Shown: positions 61,135-64,000 of the stretch, in pieces | Numbering within the stretch: position 1 is the first letter of the stretch | Layout of the letters: each line of letters starts with the position of its first letter | Origin: Planctomycetota bacterium | GTDB taxonomy: Bacteria; Planctomycetota; UBA1135; UBA2386 | Assembly: GCA_036274315.1 (NCBI GenBank) | Contig: DASUFY010000201.1 | Location: 316-64,315 of the forward strand | Length of the DNA: 64,000 nucleotides | Direction: 5' to 3' | Made by a program: the position numbers and the translations under genes | Notes under the pieces: generated by a model | What the model was told of the DNA's origin: nothing | Databases searched by the model: none | The model's input: only the letters and a program-made list of their open reading frames with translations

Positions 61135-63549
61135 ATGCCAAGCAAGCTGCTCACGCGTCTCACCGCCGCGCTCGCGGTGGCTCTGCTGATCTGGCTGTCG
61201 TGGCCCGTCTCCAACCAGCCGGCCCTCGTGCCCCAGCCGCCAGCCTTGCCGATCGCCGAGGCCGTGACCCCATCCACCCTCGCCGAGAACCAACCTCTCG
61301 CGCGGCAACAGATCACCGCCGCTGCCACACCTGCGCTGCGCGTGTTCGGCCGTGTGCTCGACCGGGCCGGTGAACCGATCGCCGCCGCGACGCTGCAGCT
61401 GAAGGCCGGCGACGCTGCGGGCTCGAACGACCCGGTGCTCGGCGGCGGCATCACGACCACGGATGGCAGCTTCGAGATCGACTGCGATGCACGGTGGCCG
61501 CAACCCTTCCGCATCTTCGCCGCTGCGCCCGGCTGCGCGTCGCTGTCGCAGGACCCGATCGTGCCGGGGCGCGAGGTGACGCTCCGCCTGTACCGCCTGA
61601 CCTGGTTGTTCGGCCGAGTGGCCGCGAAGGACACGCAGGCGCCTCTCGTCGGCGCGAAGGTCTCGGGCTGGGAGCAGCAAGCGTTCACGGACTCCTTTGG
61701 CGGCTACGAGCTTCGCGGTGCTGCGGTCGGCGCGGACACCTCCGTGGTTGCGCGTTGCGACGGCTTCGTCGAAGAGCGAACGACGCTGCGCGTCAATGAA
61801 CCGGGGCGCACCGAGCTGAACTTCACGCTGCAGCCCGCGGTGGCGCTGGCGCTGCAGGTCGTCGACCGCGACACCAAGGCACCGATCGCCGGCGCCGCGG
61901 TGCGGCAGTTCGGTCCCGGTCCCGTGCTCGTTCGCAGTGATGCGTACGGGCGCTGCACGCTGCAGGTCGGCGACGGGCGGGACCTCCACCTCGCGGTGTC
62001 CGCGATCGACCACTGCCCGATGAGCTGGAGCTGGCAGGTGACCGACGCGGCGAACACCTTGGTGACCCTGCCGTTGCAGGGCTGCGCGACGCTGGAGGGC
62101 CGCGTTGTCGACGAGCACGGTGCGCCACTGGCGAGGGTCTTTGTCACCGCCGAGAACGAAGCCGATCGCTTCGAACGCGGTCGCCTGACGGCGGCCGAAC
62201 TGCAGGCCCTGAGAGTGCCCGGCAGCGTCACCGACGACGACCCGGACCACGGCACCTGCACCGACGAGCAGGGCCGCTTCACGATCGCGGTGCGGCCGGC
62301 CGCGTCGCCGTGGCGTGTCGATGGCGCACACGATGACTACGTGGCGGCTCAGTCGCAGCCGGTCGTGCTCGCGGCTGCGGGCCGTCGTGCTCTGGTCGAA
62401 CTGACGATGCGTCGCGCCGGCGTGGTGCACGGCACCGTGCTGCGCAACCGCGAGCCGTTCCGGGGCACCGTGCGCGGACGCGCCGTCGGCGAGACGGCCT
62501 GGGGCCTCCATGCTCGCATCGAGTCCGACGGCACCTACGAGCTGAAGCGCGTGCCAGCGGGCGCGCTGGAGATCGGCGTGTTCGCGGAAGCGACGTCGAG
62601 TCCGTTGCACGGAGCGACCGTACAGGTGGTCGCCGGACAACGCGTGCAACACGACTTCACGTGGCAGGTCGCCACCGGCAAGATCACCGGCAAGGTCGCC
62701 AGCGCCAGCGGCAGGCCGCTCGCGGACGTGGTGGTTCGTGCCGCGACCAAGGGGGCGCTCACGGAGCAGGCCTCGAGCCGCGCCGGCGTCGACGGCCGCT
62801 ACACGCTCGTCGTCGAGGCCGGCAGGTCGTTCACGATCTGTGTGAACCGCGGCGTGACGGCGGCGAGCCGCGACGACGTGGAGGCCGGCGCCAGCGGCGT
62901 CGACTTCGTGCTGCCGGACCTCGGCCACGTGCGACTGCGGCTGCTCGACGCGGCGAGCCGCGAACCGGTGCGCAAGTCGGGGTTGTGGACCCTGGCCTGG
63001 CGGACCAGCGGCGCCGAGGCGTTCCGCGAGCTGCGCCTGCGGCCTGACGCCAACGGCGGGATCGACATGGAGCTTCCGGTCGGCGCGGCTGACGTCGTCG
63101 TGTCGATGCTCGCTGCGGGCTACGCGCCGCAACATGCCCTGGGGTTGCCGGTCCTCGACCAGGCGGCGCCCGAACCGATCGAAGTGCTGCTCGAACGCGG
63201 CGTGCAGGTGCGCGTCGAGCTGGTCGGCGCGTCGCCCGCTGGTGACGACATGAAGGACCACCTGCTGTTCCTGCTGCACAGCTCGCAGCTCGACCTGGTG
63301 CGTGGACCGTTCGCGGAGCAGGGTGGGCCGTCGAACCACCGCATCAATGGCATCAACATGTGGATCGGCGAACCGGGGCTCATGCATCAGCTGCTGTCGC
63401 TGAAGGACGATGGCGCCGCGGTGCTGAAGGGGCTTCTGCCCGGCAGCTACTGTCTGCGCGCGTTCCCGGACGAGTTCGTGTTCACGCCGGCGATGGCGAC
63501 GGTCGGCCCGGGCAACGGCACGGTGCGGCTGCAGTGGCAGCGCAGGTGA
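61135..63549 (+). CDS. Membrane-anchored multi-CarboxypepD_reg-like repeat protein
   Basis: 804 aa. N-terminal anchor LTAALAVALLIWLSW. Repeats include LRVFGRVLDRAGEPIAAATLQL...TTDGSFEI, LEGRVVDEHGAPLARVFVTA...TDEQGRFTI and ITGKVASASGRPLADVVVRA...GVDGRYTL. Confidence 0.8.
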   Translation: MPSKLLTRLTAALAVALLIWLSWPVSNQPALVPQPPALPIAEAVTPSTLAENQPLARQQITAAATPALRVFGRVLDRAGEPIAAATLQLKAGDAAGSNDPVLGGGITTTDGSFEIDCDARWPQPFRIFAAAPGCASLSQDPIVPGREVTLRLYRLTWLFGRVAAKDTQAPLVGAKVSGWEQQAFTDSFGGYELRGAAVGADTSVVARCDGFVEERTTLRVNEPGRTELNFTLQPAVALALQVVDRDTKAPIAGAAVRQFGPGPVLVRSDAYGRCTLQVGDGRDLHLAVSAIDHCPMSWSWQVTDAANTLVTLPLQGCATLEGRVVDEHGAPLARVFVTAENEADRFERGRLTAAELQALRVPGSVTDDDPDHGTCTDEQGRFTIAVRPAASPWRVDGAHDDYVAAQSQPVVLAAAGRRALVELTMRRAGVVHGTVLRNREPFRGTVRGRAVGETAWGLHARIESDGTYELKRVPAGALEIGVFAEATSSPLHGATVQVVAGQRVQHDFTWQVATGKITGKVASASGRPLADVVVRAATKGALTEQASSRAGVDGRYTLVVEAGRSFTICVNRGVTAASRDDVEAGASGVDFVLPDLGHVRLRLLDAASREPVRKSGLWTLAWRTSGAEAFRELRLRPDANGGIDMELPVGAADVVVSMLAAGYAPQHALGLPVLDQAAPEPIEVLLERGVQVRVELVGASPAGDDMKDHLLFLLHSSQLDLVRGPFAEQGGPSNHRINGINMWIGEPGLMHQLLSLKDDGAAVLKGLLPGSYCLRAFPDEFVFTPAMATVGPGNGTVRLQWQRR

Positions 63550-64000
63550 TCCGTTCGTCTCCGCGCCCCACTCGTGCGCCCCGTCGAGACTCGCCCCAGG
63601 CGCGGCTCGATGCGGCCGGACGTTGTCGCCGCGATCGCGCATGCGCCTCACGCTTCGCCCCGGCAGCTCCGTCAGCCCGCGCTCGGCGGGGTCCATGGTG
63701 TCGACTCGACGGAGTCCGGGCGGCGCTCGACCAGTCTGCTGGCCATCGATCGCAGTGACCACCAAACTGGACACGTCATGAACGGCAATGTCATGGGTTG
63801 TTCTGGCAGCACCGTTGCTGCTCTAGCGGGACGGTTCGCACGCTGGGGAATCGAGGCCGCGCGCCACTCCGGGCGCGCTGCGGTGATGGTTCGAACGACT
63901 ACCCACCATCCCATCGGCGCCACCCCGCGCAACCCGTCCCGTGTGTGCGTCGATCGCATCGGGCAGGCGGGGTGAACGGGCTCGGCGTGTGCCGCGATCG

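Noticed and set aside
63888-63895. GGTTCGAA, a tRNA T-loop-like motif near the window end.
   Set aside because: The flanking bases do not form a T-stem, and no acceptor or anticodon arms can be drawn. No cloverleaf is supported.
63574-63975. A 133-aa ORF (+), with an internal 66-aa candidate starting at atgaacggcaat, in the last 450 bp. Local G+C looks lower.
   Set aside because: There are no recognisable motifs, the composition is odd, and an alternative antisense ORF (63672..63959) is equally unconvincing. The window ends shortly afterwards. I left it unannotated rather than guess.

Overview
This is a very GC-rich (by eye over 70% G+C), gene-dense bacterial chromosomal segment. I support 43 protein-coding genes plus 3 pseudogene fragments. 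I saw no rRNA, tRNA, CRISPR array, transposase or integrase.

Most long ORFs in the six-frame track are Arg/Ala/Pro-rich shadow frames of real genes. I trimmed composite ORFs to the first start codon that gives a protein-like sequence, so start coordinates are approximate. The track also counts GTG and TTG as starts.

Content is dominated by cell-envelope and exported proteins:
- Peptidases of families M28, M23 and M61.
- Two vWA proteins, plus YVTN and FG-GAP beta-propeller proteins.
- A beta-propeller fused to a di-haem peroxidase.
- Two GT-C-like membrane proteins.
- An outer-membrane barrel next to TonB, two MFS transporters and a metallophosphoesterase-LamG protein.
- Housekeeping genes such as ispG, a saccharopine-dehydrogenase-family gene, methyltransferases, DinB and an alkyltransferase-like protein.

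The most interesting features are regulatory. There are three separate ECF sigma modules, each with a different extracytoplasmic partner:
1. An ECF sigma factor fused in one 1085-aa ORF to a membrane segment and a carboxypeptidase-regulatory-like repeat array.
2. A sigma / anti-sigma / exported TPR-CHAT (caspase-like) protease operon.
3. A sigma factor with a leucine-rich-repeat anti-sigma.

Other observations worth a second look:
- A porin / haem-c plus type-1-copper protein / orphan HAMP histidine kinase operon.
- A MESH1/SpoT-like HD hydrolase gene split precisely by a low-GC lipoprotein cassette.
- A decayed AbiEii-type toxin next to an intact partner ORF.
- A 14-bp tandem repeat in a divergent promoter region.
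- A 16-bp AT-rich perfect palindrome upstream of a DUF4143 ATPase gene.

All family calls come from motif recognition by eye, with no database search. The gene content is reminiscent of Planctomycetota or Myxococcota, but that taxonomic guess is low confidence.
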